A DNA stretch of 64,000 nucleotides from an uncultured Acidobacteriota bacterium (GCA_963755825.1 CAVWLA010000003.1:1313261-1377260); one strand, 5' to 3'; positions 49,856 through 61,072 are shown, counted from the first letter of the stretch. Notes: a model not told the origin generated them from the letters alone. Made by a program: numbers and translations.

Positions 49856-51616
49856 TCAGCGGGCGAGGGTCTCGACGAGCTGACGGGAGAGGCGCTCGAC
49901 CTCCCGCCAGGCCTCCTCGACCTCGGTCCCGGGGCGCACGAAGCGGATCAGCCGGTCGATCTGCTGGCCTCCGCGCGAGGTCCGGCGGGCGAGGGCGAGG
50001 ATCACCGTCCGGCGGTCACCGCCCGCCGCTTCCGGCACCGCGAAGGGGATCGATGTCACGCCGGGCCGGACGGCGTAGCGAAAACGAGAGGTGGCGACCA
50101 CGATGTCCTCGATGGCGCTCTGCAGCCGAGGCTCGGCCGGACGCTCGAGGAAGCCGCCGCCGCGCCGACCGGCGAGGAAGCGGCGATAGGCGTCCGCCAG
50201 CCGGCCGACCGCGGCGTCCAGGTCGCGGCCGGTCGCCCGCAGCTCGCCCAGCCGCTCCATGGGCTCGCCGGAGTCGGCCGGCGCGGCGGGGCTCGCGGCC
50301 GGGTTGGCGGCGGCGACGGCCGGGGTCGAGGCCTCGGCGCTGGCGGGAGAGGGCGCGGCGCTCGCCGCCCCGGCAGCGATCCGGCGTTGCGGAGCCGGTG
50401 CGGAGGAGGCCGCGGGCGGAGTGGCGGCGGTCTCCACGGCCCGGCCGGTGGAGGCCTCCGGCCGGTGCGGCGCGGCCGCCGAAACCACCGCCGGTGGAAC
50501 GACCGGTGCGCTCGCCGGCGGCGGCGAGACGGTCGCCTCGAGCCGGGCGAGGCGGGCGCGGCGCCCCCAGATCGCCAGCGCGAAAGCGAGGACGACGACG
50601 GCGGCGATCACCCACCGGCGGCGAGAGGGCGCCGGCATCGCGGCGACCGGCGCCGGGGTCGCAACGGGCGGCGCCGCCGCGGGAGCCGCGGCCCGGCGGC
50701 CGGCGGCGCCGCGGACCTCGGTGGGCAGGCTGGCGCGCAGGGTGACCTCCCCGACGCTGCGCTGCGGCGAGGTCGCGAGCGCTCCGGCCGCCATACTCGG
50801 CCGCTCGCCGCCGGCGCCCGCCAGGGCGGCGCGGAACGCCTCGGCGCTCTGGAAGCGGTCGGCCGGCTCCTTGGCGAGAGCGCGGAGCACCGCCCGGTCG
50901 AGCCAGGCAGGAACCCCTGCGGCCAGCGACGAGGGAGGCGACGGCAGCTCCTCGACCTGCGCGCGGATGACCTCGTACTCGCTGGCGCTGGCGAACGGCG
51001 CCCGGCCGACCAGCATCTCGTAGAGGACGGTGCCGAGCGCATAGATGTCGGCGCGGCGGTCGCCCGCCTCGCCGCGCAGCTGCTCCGGCGGCATGTAGCG
51101 CAGCGTCCCCACCATCAGGCCGGTGCGGGTGAGGCGCTCGCTGCCGACGGCGCGCGCGATGCCGAAGTCCATCACCTTGATGCCGCCGTCCTCGGTGAGC
51201 ATCAGATTGTCGGGCTTGAGGTCGCGGTGGACGATGTCGAGACGGTGCACCTGCTCGATGCCGGCGAGGGCCGCGATGAGGAGGGGCAGCGCCTCCTGCC
51301 AGGTGAAGGCGCCGCGCGCGGAGAGAGCGCTGGCGAGCGTCCGCCCGCGCACGAACTCCATGGCGAGGAAGAGCTCGTCGCCGTCGCGGAAGAAGCTGTA
51401 GATCGTCGCGATCGCCGGATGGCTCACCCGCGCCAGGAGCTTCGCCTCGGCGCGAAAGCGCTCGACCACCTGCGGCTCGCGCGCCAGCTCGGGGCGGATC
51501 GCCTTCACCGCCACGTCGCGCTCGAGCATCGGATCGATCGCCCGGTAGACGGTGCCCATGCCGCCTTCGCCGAGGCGCTCGACGATCTGGTAGTTGCCGA
51601 CGATCCTGCCGATCAT
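49856..51616 (-). CDS. Hanks-type Ser/Thr kinase with TM helix and extracytoplasmic C-terminus
   Basis: LGEGGMGTVY, VAVK, HRDLKPDN, DFG, GTLRYMPPE. Confidence 0.95.
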   Translation of the reverse strand: MIGRIVGNYQIVERLGEGGMGTVYRAIDPMLERDVAVKAIRPELAREPQVVERFRAEAKLLARVSHPAIATIYSFFRDGDELFLAMEFVRGRTLASALSARGAFTWQEALPLLIAALAGIEQVHRLDIVHRDLKPDNLMLTEDGGIKVMDFGIARAVGSERLTRTGLMVGTLRYMPPEQLRGEAGDRRADIYALGTVLYEMLVGRAPFASASEYEVIRAQVEELPSPPSSLAAGVPAWLDRAVLRALAKEPADRFQSAEAFRAALAGAGGERPSMAAGALATSPQRSVGEVTLRASLPTEVRGAAGRRAAAPAAAPPVATPAPVAAMPAPSRRRWVIAAVVVLAFALAIWGRRARLARLEATVSPPPASAPVVPPAVVSAAAPHRPEASTGRAVETAATPPAASSAPAPQRRIAAGAASAAPSPASAEASTPAVAAANPAASPAAPADSGEPMERLGELRATGRDLDAAVGRLADAYRRFLAGRRGGGFLERPAEPRLQSAIEDIVVATSRFRYAVRPGVTSIPFAVPEAAGGDRRTVILALARRTSRGGQQIDRLIRFVRPGTEVEEAWREVERLSRQLVETLAR

Positions 51617-51635
51617 GTTCGGCTCTCCACGTTCT

Positions 51636-53864
51636 CTACTCGAGCGGCAGCTCGAGGGTGAAGACGCTGCCGCGCGGCAGGTTGTCCTCCACCCGCACCG
51701 AGCCGTGGTGGTCGGCGACGATGCGGTGCACGATGGCGAGGCCGAGGCCCGTCCCCCTCCCCTTGGTGGAGTAATAGGGACGGAAGAGCTTCTCCTTCGA
51801 CGCCGCCGGGATGCCGCGGCCGGTGTCGGCAACCTGGATCTCGAGGTGGCCGTCGACGCGCGCCGCGGCGACGGTGACGCGGCCGGGGGAATCGGTCGCC
51901 TCGACGGCGTTGTCGAGCAGGTTGATGAGGGCGCGCTTGATCTGCTCGGCGTCGAGCAGCACGCCGTCGAGGTGGGCGGCGACCTCGCCCTCGACCGCCA
52001 CCCCCGGCTTGAGGTCGCGGTAGAGATGGATGGTCTCGTCGACCAGGCGGCCGAGGTCGACCGGCGCCGGGCGCGGGCGCGGCATGCGGGCGAAGCGCGA
52101 GAACTCGTCGACCATCTCCTGCAGCACGGTCACCTCGCGGACGATGATGCCGACCGCCTCCTCGATGGCCACGCCGAGGCGGGGGTCGCGCTGGCGGTGC
52201 TTCTGCAGCAGCCGCTCGGCGGCGAGGAGGATCGGCGTCAGCGGATTCTTGATCTCGTGGGCGATGCGCCGCGCGGCGTCGCTCCAGGCGGCGAGCTGCT
52301 GGGCCTTGATCAGCTCGGTGAGGTCCTCGATGACCAGCACGCGGCCGAGGAGCGCGCCGTCGGCGCCGCGCATCGCCGTCACCTTGGCTTCGAAGGTCTT
52401 CCACTCGCCGCCGAGGACGAGATGCACTTCGTGGCTGGCGGTGCCGGCGGCGGCGCCGGCGACGTCGAGGAGGACGGCGAGCTTGCGGCGCTCGCCATCG
52501 CCCCAGGACTCGGCGACGGCGCGGCCGAGCACCTCATCCTCGCGCTGGCGGAGGATGTTGAGCGCCGCGCCGTTGCAGGTGAAGATGCGGCCGCCGGCGT
52601 CGGTCGAGACCACCCCGGCGGCGACGTTCTCGAGCACCGCCGCCATCAGCGCCCGCTCGCCGCCCAGCCGCTGGTTGGTGCCCTGCAGCTCGCGGTTGCG
52701 CTCGGCGAGCAGCTTCTCGTTGCTCTCGAGCTCCTCGGTCATGCGGTTGAACGAGCTGACGAGGACTCCCAGCTCGTCGTCGGCATCGACGTCGACGCGG
52801 TGGCCGAGGTCGCCGCTGCTGATCCGGCGGGTGCCGTCGGCGAGCGCCTGGATGGGCACCGTCACCCGCCGCGCCAGGTAGAGCCCCACCCACGACGATG
52901 CGAGGAGGATGAGGAGCGTCGTCATGAGGAAGATGAGGTAGTAGCTGGCGCGCAGGTCGTCCTTCTGCACCTCGAGCTGGCGGAAGACCTGGAAGCCCTG
53001 GATCAGGGCATCGCTCTTGCCGGCGAGGTCGGCTTCGATGCGGGTGCCGGCGACGACGACGATCGGCGGCCCGGCGGCGGCGCCGGGGGCCGGCGCGGGG
53101 AGCGGCGTCGCGGCGACGCCGGCGAGCACCAGACGCCCGGCGCGCGCGCCGGGGAGCTCCTCGCGGCGCACGGCGCTCCCCTTGCGCCCCGCCTCGAGGA
53201 GGAAGTCGCGGCCCGGCTCGGGCAGCTCGCCGATCCCCGCCTGCGAGTTGACCACCGCGTGGATGAACTCCGTCCCCTCGTAGACGGCGAGCACGTCGAG
53301 CCGCAGGTCGCCGAGCAGCTCCTGCATGCGGCGGGTCAGCCGCAGGCGCTCCTCGGGCCGCTTGAGCCCGTACCAGCGCGCCTCGGAGACCACCCGCGCG
53401 GCGTCGCGAAGATCGTCCTCCTCGATCCGCCCGTAGAGCGCCTGGGCGACCGCCTCGCCCTGGGCGAGGACCGGCTTCAGCGGCGTGTTGAACCAGCGGT
53501 CGACGGAGCCGCGGAGCAGCTCGGTGGCGATGGCGAAGAGGAGGAGGACGGGGATCAGCGACAGCCCGACGTAGGTCGCCACCAGCTTGAACTTGAAGGT
53601 CGAGCCGAGGATGCGGTGGCGGCGCTCGACGAGCAGCTTGAACAGGTTGCGCAGGAGGACGAAGACGACGGCGAGGATGAGGACGACGTTGACGTACCAG
53701 AGGACGAAGAGGAGGACCCGGTTGGTGACCAGGAAGGCGGGGAGCTCGCGGCTCCGCTGCACGAAATAGAAGGCGCCGGTGAAGACGGCGAGCAGCGCCG
53801 CGAGGCCGCCGACGATGAGGCGGTTGTCCTTGCGGTGGCGGCGGAGGCGCTCGCGGAAGTCCAC
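51636..53864 (-). CDS. NtrY-like HAMP/PAS sensor histidine kinase
   Basis: SVDRWF, AWSDAARRIAHEIKNPLTPI, EFSRFARMP, GTGLGL. Confidence 0.93.
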   Translation of the reverse strand: MDFRERLRRHRKDNRLIVGGLAALLAVFTGAFYFVQRSRELPAFLVTNRVLLFVLWYVNVVLILAVVFVLLRNLFKLLVERRHRILGSTFKFKLVATYVGLSLIPVLLLFAIATELLRGSVDRWFNTPLKPVLAQGEAVAQALYGRIEEDDLRDAARVVSEARWYGLKRPEERLRLTRRMQELLGDLRLDVLAVYEGTEFIHAVVNSQAGIGELPEPGRDFLLEAGRKGSAVRREELPGARAGRLVLAGVAATPLPAPAPGAAAGPPIVVVAGTRIEADLAGKSDALIQGFQVFRQLEVQKDDLRASYYLIFLMTTLLILLASSWVGLYLARRVTVPIQALADGTRRISSGDLGHRVDVDADDELGVLVSSFNRMTEELESNEKLLAERNRELQGTNQRLGGERALMAAVLENVAAGVVSTDAGGRIFTCNGAALNILRQREDEVLGRAVAESWGDGERRKLAVLLDVAGAAAGTASHEVHLVLGGEWKTFEAKVTAMRGADGALLGRVLVIEDLTELIKAQQLAAWSDAARRIAHEIKNPLTPILLAAERLLQKHRQRDPRLGVAIEEAVGIIVREVTVLQEMVDEFSRFARMPRPRPAPVDLGRLVDETIHLYRDLKPGVAVEGEVAAHLDGVLLDAEQIKRALINLLDNAVEATDSPGRVTVAAARVDGHLEIQVADTGRGIPAASKEKLFRPYYSTKGRGTGLGLAIVHRIVADHHGSVRVEDNLPRGSVFTLELPLE

Positions 53865-53883
53865 GGCGGCGGCTCGGAGCGGG

Positions 53884-54438
53884 CTAGGGCGGCCCGGGGA
53901 CCTGGAACTTGCGCGACTCCACCCAGTCGGTGGTGATGGCGACGGGGACGATCGAGAGGATCGTCCGCGAGCCGAGCTCGGCGCGCGCCTTGACCAGCAG
54001 GCGCCAGCTGCGGGGGAGCGACGCGAGGGTGAAGATGGGGAGCGACTGGACGCGGGTCATCGCCGCGGCGAGGGCCTGCTGGTCGTGGACGGTCCGGCTG
54101 TCGATCAGCTTGCCGTCGAGCTTCGAGTTGACCGTGTACTGGCGGGTGACGGCGTCGTACATCGCCGTCACCTCGAGCGTGCACTCCTGCAGGTAGCGGT
54201 CCCACCAGCGGGTGCGGTCCTTGTCGAGCTCGAAGCGATAGATGATCGAGGTCGGCAGGCCGCTGTCGACGCGCTCGCGCAGGCGGTGCTGGAAGCCGTC
54301 GACGAGGGTCAGGTTGGCGATGACGCGGTCGCCGTCGACCGCCACGTCGAGCCCCGCGATGCGCCCCTCGGCGCGCGCCGGAGCGGCCGCCAGGACGAAG
54401 AGGAGCAGGGAGAGGAGGAGCGCGATGGTCGCTCGCAT
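53884..54438 (-). CDS. DUF4390-like exported protein
   Basis: Signal peptide; SGLP, YDAVTRQY, TDW; lies immediately upstream of the NtrY-like kinase. Confidence 0.75.
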   Translation of the reverse strand: MRATIALLLSLLLFVLAAAPARAEGRIAGLDVAVDGDRVIANLTLVDGFQHRLRERVDSGLPTSIIYRFELDKDRTRWWDRYLQECTLEVTAMYDAVTRQYTVNSKLDGKLIDSRTVHDQQALAAAMTRVQSLPIFTLASLPRSWRLLVKARAELGSRTILSIVPVAITTDWVESRKFQVPGPP

Positions 54439-54551
54439 GCGGAGCTCCAGTCTAACAGCCCTGTAAACCTCTGCTGTCATGGGCTCTCCGCGGCATGCCG
54501 CCGCCGCGCCGCGCGGCCGCCGGAGGCGCTCCCGGCCGATATACTGGCGCC

Positions 54552-55025
54552 ATGGCGGGAGAGCACAAGCCGGTGATTCGGGCGCTCGCCGCCAACAAGC
54601 GGGCGCGCCACGACTACGAGATCCTGGAGACCTTCGAGGCGGGGATGGTGCTCGCCGGCACCGAGGTCAAGGCGATCCGCAACGGCAAGGTGCAGCTCAA
54701 GGACAGCTACGTCGACTTCCGCAACGGCGAGGCCTTCCTCGTCGGCGCCCACATCAGCCACTACAGCCACGGCAACCGCGAGAACCACGAGCCGGAGCGG
54801 CCGCGCCGGCTGCTGCTCAAGCGGCGGGAGATCGACAAGCTCTTCGGCCGCACCCTGCTGCGCGGCCTGACCGTGGTCCCGCTCTCGGTCTACCTCAAGG
54901 GGAACTGGATCAAGGTCGAGGTGGCGCTCGCCCAGGGCAAGAAGCTCTACGACAAGCGGGCGACCGAGAAGCGCAAGGAGCTCGACCGCGAGGTCGAGGA
55001 GGCGGTCAAGGGCGCGCGGCGGTAG
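54552..55025 (+). CDS. smpB: SsrA-binding protein
   Basis: NKRARHDY, EAGMVLAGTEVK, GKKLYDKR. Confidence 0.97.
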   Translation: MAGEHKPVIRALAANKRARHDYEILETFEAGMVLAGTEVKAIRNGKVQLKDSYVDFRNGEAFLVGAHISHYSHGNRENHEPERPRRLLLKRREIDKLFGRTLLRGLTVVPLSVYLKGNWIKVEVALAQGKKLYDKRATEKRKELDREVEEAVKGARR

Positions 55026-55068
55026 GCCGCCACCGGCAGCTCACCCTCTTTCAGGCTTCGGCAATCGA

Positions 55069-55560
55069 CTAGCCGTCGAGCTCGCTCGCCGCCAGACGGC
55101 GGCGGGTGCCGCCGGTGTCCTGGATCCTCTCCAGCGCCGTCTGGCCGCCGTACTTGGCGACGATGCGGTCGTCGTAGTCGTCCGACACCTCGGCGACGGC
55201 GGTGACCGCCCGCAGCAGGTCGCGGGGCTCGAGGTCGCGGGCGAACAGGCGATGGGAGAAGAAGATGTCGTTGCCGACCATGGAGAAGGCGCCGAGGGCG
55301 AGCTGATGGTTGAGCTCGAGGAGGCCGGCCATGAGCTCCTCGTCGACCTCCACTCCCTGCACGCAGTAGGACATGATCGTCACCACCGCCTCCTCCTGGC
55401 CGAGGGCGGCGACCTCGATCTCGAGGACGGTCGAGCCGTAGCGGACGTAGAAGTGCCCCTCGTCCGGGTCGCAGTAGGGATCCTCGAAGAACTCTCCCAG
55501 GTACTGCTCGATCTTCCGGAACGCCTCGGCGTGGATCTCGTGCTCGAACCGCATCGTCAC
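55069..55560 (-). CDS. YbjN / T3SS-chaperone-like protein
   Basis: YGST, LLELN...GAF, SDDYDDRIVAKYGG. Confidence 0.75.
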   Translation of the reverse strand: MTMRFEHEIHAEAFRKIEQYLGEFFEDPYCDPDEGHFYVRYGSTVLEIEVAALGQEEAVVTIMSYCVQGVEVDEELMAGLLELNHQLALGAFSMVGNDIFFSHRLFARDLEPRDLLRAVTAVAEVSDDYDDRIVAKYGGQTALERIQDTGGTRRRLAASELDG

Positions 55561-55646
55561 CTTCCTCCCGGCTCACTACTTTAGCAGCTCGGCGCCGGGC
55601 GCGCGCCGCACGCGCGGCTACCGCGCGGCGGCCGCGCGTCACCGCG

Positions 55647-55675
55647 TTGACACCCGGACCCCTTCGGACTACCGT
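55647..55675 (+). promoter_or_regulatory. Putative sigma70 promoter for the fadL-like operon
   Basis: TTGACA-N17-TACCGT in an AT-richer intergenic region. Confidence 0.5.
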
Positions 55676-55815
55676 TAACCATCAACACGGCTTTACAATC
55701 ACCCGATGCGATGTTACTCAAGGACTGTCGCCATGCGGCACGGCCCCGCGGGCCCCTCGACGAGCCGCCGCGACGTCTACCAGTTCTCTCCATTTCCAAG
55801 AGGAGGAGGATAGGG

Positions 55816-57117
55816 ATGCGAAGGCGAGGAGGTCTCACGCTGCGAGCTCTGGGTGCCCTGGCGCTCGGGGCCTTGACCGCTCAACCCATGCTCGGCGCCG
55901 GCTTCGGCCTCTTCGAGCAGGGGGCGAAGGCGCAGGGAATGGCCGGGGCGTTCACCGCCCAGGCGGACGATCCTTCACTGCTCTTCCACAACGCCGGCGG
56001 CCTCGGCTTCGTCACCAAGAGCGCCACCGCGGTCAGCGTCACATACTTCAAGGGCACCACTGCCAACTTCCGCGGCGCGGCGCCGTTTCCCGGCCCTGAC
56101 TCCCGCGGCGAGCAGAACCTCATCGACCAGCCGACGCCGCAGGTCTACTACGTCTCGCCGATCAACCAGACCTGGAAGTGGGGCATCGGGGTCGACACCC
56201 CGTTCGGCCTCACCACCTCCTGGAAAGACCCCAACGACTTCGCCGGGCGCTTCCTCTCGACCAAGGCGGCGATCCGCGCGCTCGACGTCAACCCGACGAT
56301 CGGCTGGCAGGCGACCCCGACCCTCGGCCTCGGCCTCGGTGTCATCGCCCGCTTCTCCGACCTCGAGCTGAAGCGCGACCAGGCGGCGATCAACCCCTTC
56401 ACCCTGCGCGCCGCCGACGTCGCCCACGTCGACCTCAAGGGCGACATCAACGAGGGCTACGGCTGGAACATCGGCCTGCTCGAGAAGTTCAGCGATCGCT
56501 TCTCGGTCGGCCTGTCCTACCGCAGCCGCATCAAGGTGGACTACTCCGGCAACGCGGAGCTCGTGCAGGTGCTGACCGGCATCCCGCAGTTCGACGGCGC
56601 GGTCGCCGCCCAGACGCCGTTCGGCCGCAAGCTGCCGGTGAAGACCTCGATCGACTTCCCCGACATGGCGAGCCTCGGCCTCGCCTTCGGCCTCACCCCC
56701 AACCTGCTCTTGGAGACCGACGCCAACTGGACGGGCTGGTCGAGCTTCGACGTCATCAACATCGACTTCACCAAGGGCGACCTCGCCGACGCCTCGATCC
56801 CCGCCCACTGGAAGAACGTCTGGAACTACCGCGTCGGCCTGCGCTACAACTCCAGCGCCACCTCGCAGTGGCGGATCGGCTACGTCTTCGATCAGACGCC
56901 GCAGCCCGAGGAGGCGGTCAACCCGCTGCTCCCCGACGCCGACCGCAACGGCATCGCCATCGGCTACGGCTGGACGGGGGTCCACAAGTTCGACCTCGCG
57001 TTGAGCTACATCGATTTCCAGAACCGCACCCGGCTCAAGAGCTTCGCCGGCGACGGCGACTTCTTCGGCACCTACCAGACCAAGGCTCTGATCCTTGGCG
57101 CCATGTTCACCTGGTGA
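55816..57117 (+). CDS. FadL/OmpP1/TodX outer-membrane transporter
   Basis: AGFGLFEQG...GMAGA...ADDPS, PFGL, LPDADR, C-terminal aromatic residue. Confidence 0.92.
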   Translation: MRRRGGLTLRALGALALGALTAQPMLGAGFGLFEQGAKAQGMAGAFTAQADDPSLLFHNAGGLGFVTKSATAVSVTYFKGTTANFRGAAPFPGPDSRGEQNLIDQPTPQVYYVSPINQTWKWGIGVDTPFGLTTSWKDPNDFAGRFLSTKAAIRALDVNPTIGWQATPTLGLGLGVIARFSDLELKRDQAAINPFTLRAADVAHVDLKGDINEGYGWNIGLLEKFSDRFSVGLSYRSRIKVDYSGNAELVQVLTGIPQFDGAVAAQTPFGRKLPVKTSIDFPDMASLGLAFGLTPNLLLETDANWTGWSSFDVINIDFTKGDLADASIPAHWKNVWNYRVGLRYNSSATSQWRIGYVFDQTPQPEEAVNPLLPDADRNGIAIGYGWTGVHKFDLALSYIDFQNRTRLKSFAGDGDFFGTYQTKALILGAMFTW

Positions 57118-57146
57118 TCCGGGTCCCGGACGGAATAAGGAGAGAC

Positions 57147-58508
57147 ATGATGCTTCGTACCACTCTCAAGACCTCTCTGCTCGCTGCGGCGCTGGCGGCG
57201 ACGACCGCCGCCGCAGCCTTCGCCCAGGTGGACTTCAGCCGCTACGTGGCGATCGGCGACAGCCTGACCGCCGGCTACATGAGCGGCGGCCTCGTCGAGA
57301 CCTCGCAGGAGAACAGCTATCCCGCCCTCATCCACCGCCAGGCGACGGGGAGCGACAGCGGCTTCGAGCAGCCGCTGGTGACGCCGCCCGGCATCCCGGC
57401 GGTCTTCGAACTCGTCAGCCTGTCGCCGCTCGTCATCGGGCCGACTCCGGGCCAGGGCGCCCCGGCGAACGCCCAGCTCCCCCGGCCCTACAACAACCTG
57501 GGAATCCCCGGCGCCACCGTGCACGACATCCTCGCCACGACGAGCGGCGGCATCTACGACCTCATCCTGCGCAACCCGGCGTTCCACAACACGACGGACA
57601 TCGAGCAGGCGCTCTCCCTGCAGCCGACCTTCGTCACCGTCTGGATCGGCAACAACGACGCTCTCAACGCGGCGACCTCGGGGATCGTCAACGACATGTC
57701 GCTCACCCCGGCGGCGGTCTTCGACAGCGAGTACAAGACCCTCATCGGCGCCATCGCCCAGAACAGCTCCGCCAAGATCGCGGTGGCGCTGATCCCGGAC
57801 GTGACGACGATCCCCTTCGTCGCCACGATCCCGCCGGTCGTCGTCAACCCGGCGACCAACGAGCCGGTCATCGTCGGCGGCCAGCCGGTCTTCCTCATCG
57901 GCTCCAAGGGCCAGCTCGGCCCCGGCGACCACGTGCTCCTCTCGGCCGCCGGCCTCCTCGCCCAGGGCATCGGCGTCCCCCAGGCGCTCGGCGGCACCGG
58001 CCAGCCGCTCCCCGACCAGGTGATTCTCGATGCCACGGAGACGGCGACCATCACCGACCGCATCGCCTCCTACAATGCCTCCATCCGCGCCGCCGCCGGC
58101 ACGGTGAACGCCGCCGTGGTCGACACCAACGCCCTCCTTCACCAGCTCGCCACCTCGGGCATCAACGTCGGCGGCATCCAGTTCACCAGCAGCTTCCTGA
58201 CCGGCGGCGTCTTCTCGTACGACGGCGTCCACCCGACTTCGTTCGGTTACGCCTACGTCGCCAACGCCTTCATCGCGGCGATCAACGCCAAGTTCGGTAG
58301 CCACATCGCGCCGGCCACATACACGCCCTTCATCTTCGGCCCGTCGGCGCTGCCGAGCCCGGACATCAGCGCCGCGATCGCGGAGGGCAGGTTCCCGGCC
58401 TTCTCGGCGGCGGAGTTGACCAACATGGGGATCCTCTTTAGCTGGCCGAAGGCCGAAGCGGCCCCGCCGCCACCCCAGCACCATCGCCCCGTGCGCCACC
58501 GTCACTAG
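57147..58508 (+). CDS. Secreted SGNH/GDSL lipase-esterase
   Basis: AIGDSLTAG, NLGIPGA, WIGNND, DGVHP. Confidence 0.92.
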   Translation: MMLRTTLKTSLLAAALAATTAAAAFAQVDFSRYVAIGDSLTAGYMSGGLVETSQENSYPALIHRQATGSDSGFEQPLVTPPGIPAVFELVSLSPLVIGPTPGQGAPANAQLPRPYNNLGIPGATVHDILATTSGGIYDLILRNPAFHNTTDIEQALSLQPTFVTVWIGNNDALNAATSGIVNDMSLTPAAVFDSEYKTLIGAIAQNSSAKIAVALIPDVTTIPFVATIPPVVVNPATNEPVIVGGQPVFLIGSKGQLGPGDHVLLSAAGLLAQGIGVPQALGGTGQPLPDQVILDATETATITDRIASYNASIRAAAGTVNAAVVDTNALLHQLATSGINVGGIQFTSSFLTGGVFSYDGVHPTSFGYAYVANAFIAAINAKFGSHIAPATYTPFIFGPSALPSPDISAAIAEGRFPAFSAAELTNMGILFSWPKAEAAPPPPQHHRPVRHRH

Positions 58509-58531
58509 CTCTCCTACCAGCGGCTCTCCCG

Positions 58532-58564
58532 AGGGCAACGCGGTCCTGCCGCGTTGCCCTTTTT
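58532..58564 (+). terminator. Rho-independent terminator
   Basis: AGGGCAACGCGG-N5-CCGCGTTGCCCT followed by a T run. Confidence 0.85.
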
Positions 58565-58620
58565 GCTGCGCAGCCGTGCCGGCGGGGACCGGCGCGCCAA
58601 CCACGCGTACAATTCGGCTC

Positions 58621-59361
<741 letters not shown>

Positions 59362-59379
59362 CGCCTCGCCGCCGCCGCC

Positions 59380-61026
59380 ATGCGCCGCTTCCCACTGCGC
59401 CCCGCCCCGGAGGCCGGGCGCGTCCCGGCGCCGCGCGAGCTCTGGCGGCTGGCGCGGCCCTGGCTGCTGTGGATCGGCGTCCTCCTCGCCGTCACCGCCG
59501 TGCTGATCCCGGCGCGCAGCGGCATCGACCAGGTGCACGTCGCCCTCCTCTACCTGCTGGTGGTGCTCGGCGGCAGCGTCGGCGGCGGCCGCATCCTGGG
59601 CTTCGCGCTCGCCTGCTCCTGCTTCCTCCTCATCGACTACTTCCTGCAGCTGCCCTACGACCGCATCGCGGTCGACAAACCGCTCGACTGGCTGGTCCTG
59701 GTCGCCTTCCTCGCCACCGCGACCGTCGCCACCCAGCTCCTGGGGCACGCCAACGCGCAGGCCGACGCGGCGCGCCGCCGCGCTGAGGAGGTCGACCAGC
59801 TGGCCTCGCTCGGCGCCGAGGCGCTCTCCGTCGGCCGCGCCGAGGACACCCTGGCGGCGATCGTCGAGGTGATCCGCGACACCACCGGCGCCGCGCTCTG
59901 CGAGATCTACACCGCCGAGGAGTGGCAGGCGCCGACGCTCGCCGCGAGCTCGCGCCAGCTCGCCCCGAGCGGCGCGGAGCCGGTGCACGGCGTGCCGCCG
60001 CCGCCGGCGCTGATCGCCTGGGTCGCCGAACGGCGGCTCGCAGCGGCCGGGGCCGATAGAGCGGTCGGCGGCGGGCCGCAGCCGCCGGAGCCCGCCCCCG
60101 CCGACCTCACCGACGCCGGCACCGGCGGCGCCGCGCTCGCCGACGGCCGCGCCTTCCTCCTGCCGCTCGTCGCCCACGGCCGCGCCGTCGGCGTGCTGCG
60201 TCTCGCCGACTCGCGGCCGCTCGCCCTCGATCCCGAGCGCCGCCGGTTCCTGAACGCCATCGCCTACTACGCCGCGCTCGGCATCGAGCGCGTGCGCCTG
60301 GTGGCGGAGGCCGAGCACGCCCAGGCGCTGCGCGAGGGCGATCGGCTGAAGGACGCCCTCCTCGCCTCGGTCTCCCACGACCTGCGCACGCCGCTCACCG
60401 CCATCAAGGGGCTCGCTCACGAGATCGCCGCCGGCGGCGACGAGCGCGCCGCCATCATCGAGCAGCAGTCGGACCGCCTCAACGAGATGGTGGCCGACCT
60501 CCTCGACCTCTCGCGCCTGAACGCCGGCGGCATCTCCATGCGACCCGAGATCAACACCGCCGAGGACCTCGTCGGCGCCGCCATCCAGCAGGTCTCCGGC
60601 GCCCTCGGGCGGCGCGAGGTGCGGACGGCGATCGACCTCGCCGAGCCGGTGCCGGTCGGCCGCTTCGACTTCGTCCACTCGCTGCGCATCCTGGTCAACC
60701 TGATCGACAACGCCGGCAAGTACTCGCCGCGCGAGACGCCGATCGACATCGAGATGGGGCGCGACGGCCCGCTCCTCGCCATCTCGGTCCTCGACCGCGG
60801 CAAGGGAGTGCCGGCGAGCGAGCGCGAGCGCATCTTCGAGCCCTTCTATCGCCCCGAAGGCGTCACCCCCGACGCCCGCGGCTCCGGCCTCGGCCTGGCG
60901 ATCGCCCGGCGGCTCGCCGAGGCCCAGGAGGGCACCCTCGTCTATGCCGACCGGCCGGGCGGCGGCAGCGCCTTCACCCTCCGCCTGCCCGCCGCCAGCC
61001 TCGCCGCGCTCGGCGAGCCGGCGTGA
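59380..61026 (+). CDS. KdpD-like histidine kinase (DUF4118 TM + GAF + HK, no N-terminal KdpD/Usp region)
   Basis: 4-TM block, GAF domain, LLASVSHDLRTPL, NLIDNAGKYS, IFEPFYR, GSGLGL. Confidence 0.9.
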   Translation: MRRFPLRPAPEAGRVPAPRELWRLARPWLLWIGVLLAVTAVLIPARSGIDQVHVALLYLLVVLGGSVGGGRILGFALACSCFLLIDYFLQLPYDRIAVDKPLDWLVLVAFLATATVATQLLGHANAQADAARRRAEEVDQLASLGAEALSVGRAEDTLAAIVEVIRDTTGAALCEIYTAEEWQAPTLAASSRQLAPSGAEPVHGVPPPPALIAWVAERRLAAAGADRAVGGGPQPPEPAPADLTDAGTGGAALADGRAFLLPLVAHGRAVGVLRLADSRPLALDPERRRFLNAIAYYAALGIERVRLVAEAEHAQALREGDRLKDALLASVSHDLRTPLTAIKGLAHEIAAGGDERAAIIEQQSDRLNEMVADLLDLSRLNAGGISMRPEINTAEDLVGAAIQQVSGALGRREVRTAIDLAEPVPVGRFDFVHSLRILVNLIDNAGKYSPRETPIDIEMGRDGPLLAISVLDRGKGVPASERERIFEPFYRPEGVTPDARGSGLGLAIARRLAEAQEGTLVYADRPGGGSAFTLRLPAASLAALGEPA

Positions 61027-61072
61027 GGGCGCGGCGGGCGCCGCATATCTCGGCACCCGCATCTCCCGTCGC

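Noticed and set aside
55026-55068. tmRNA (ssrA) or an integration site next to smpB
   Set aside because: The gap is only ~43 nt and has no tRNA-like ends.
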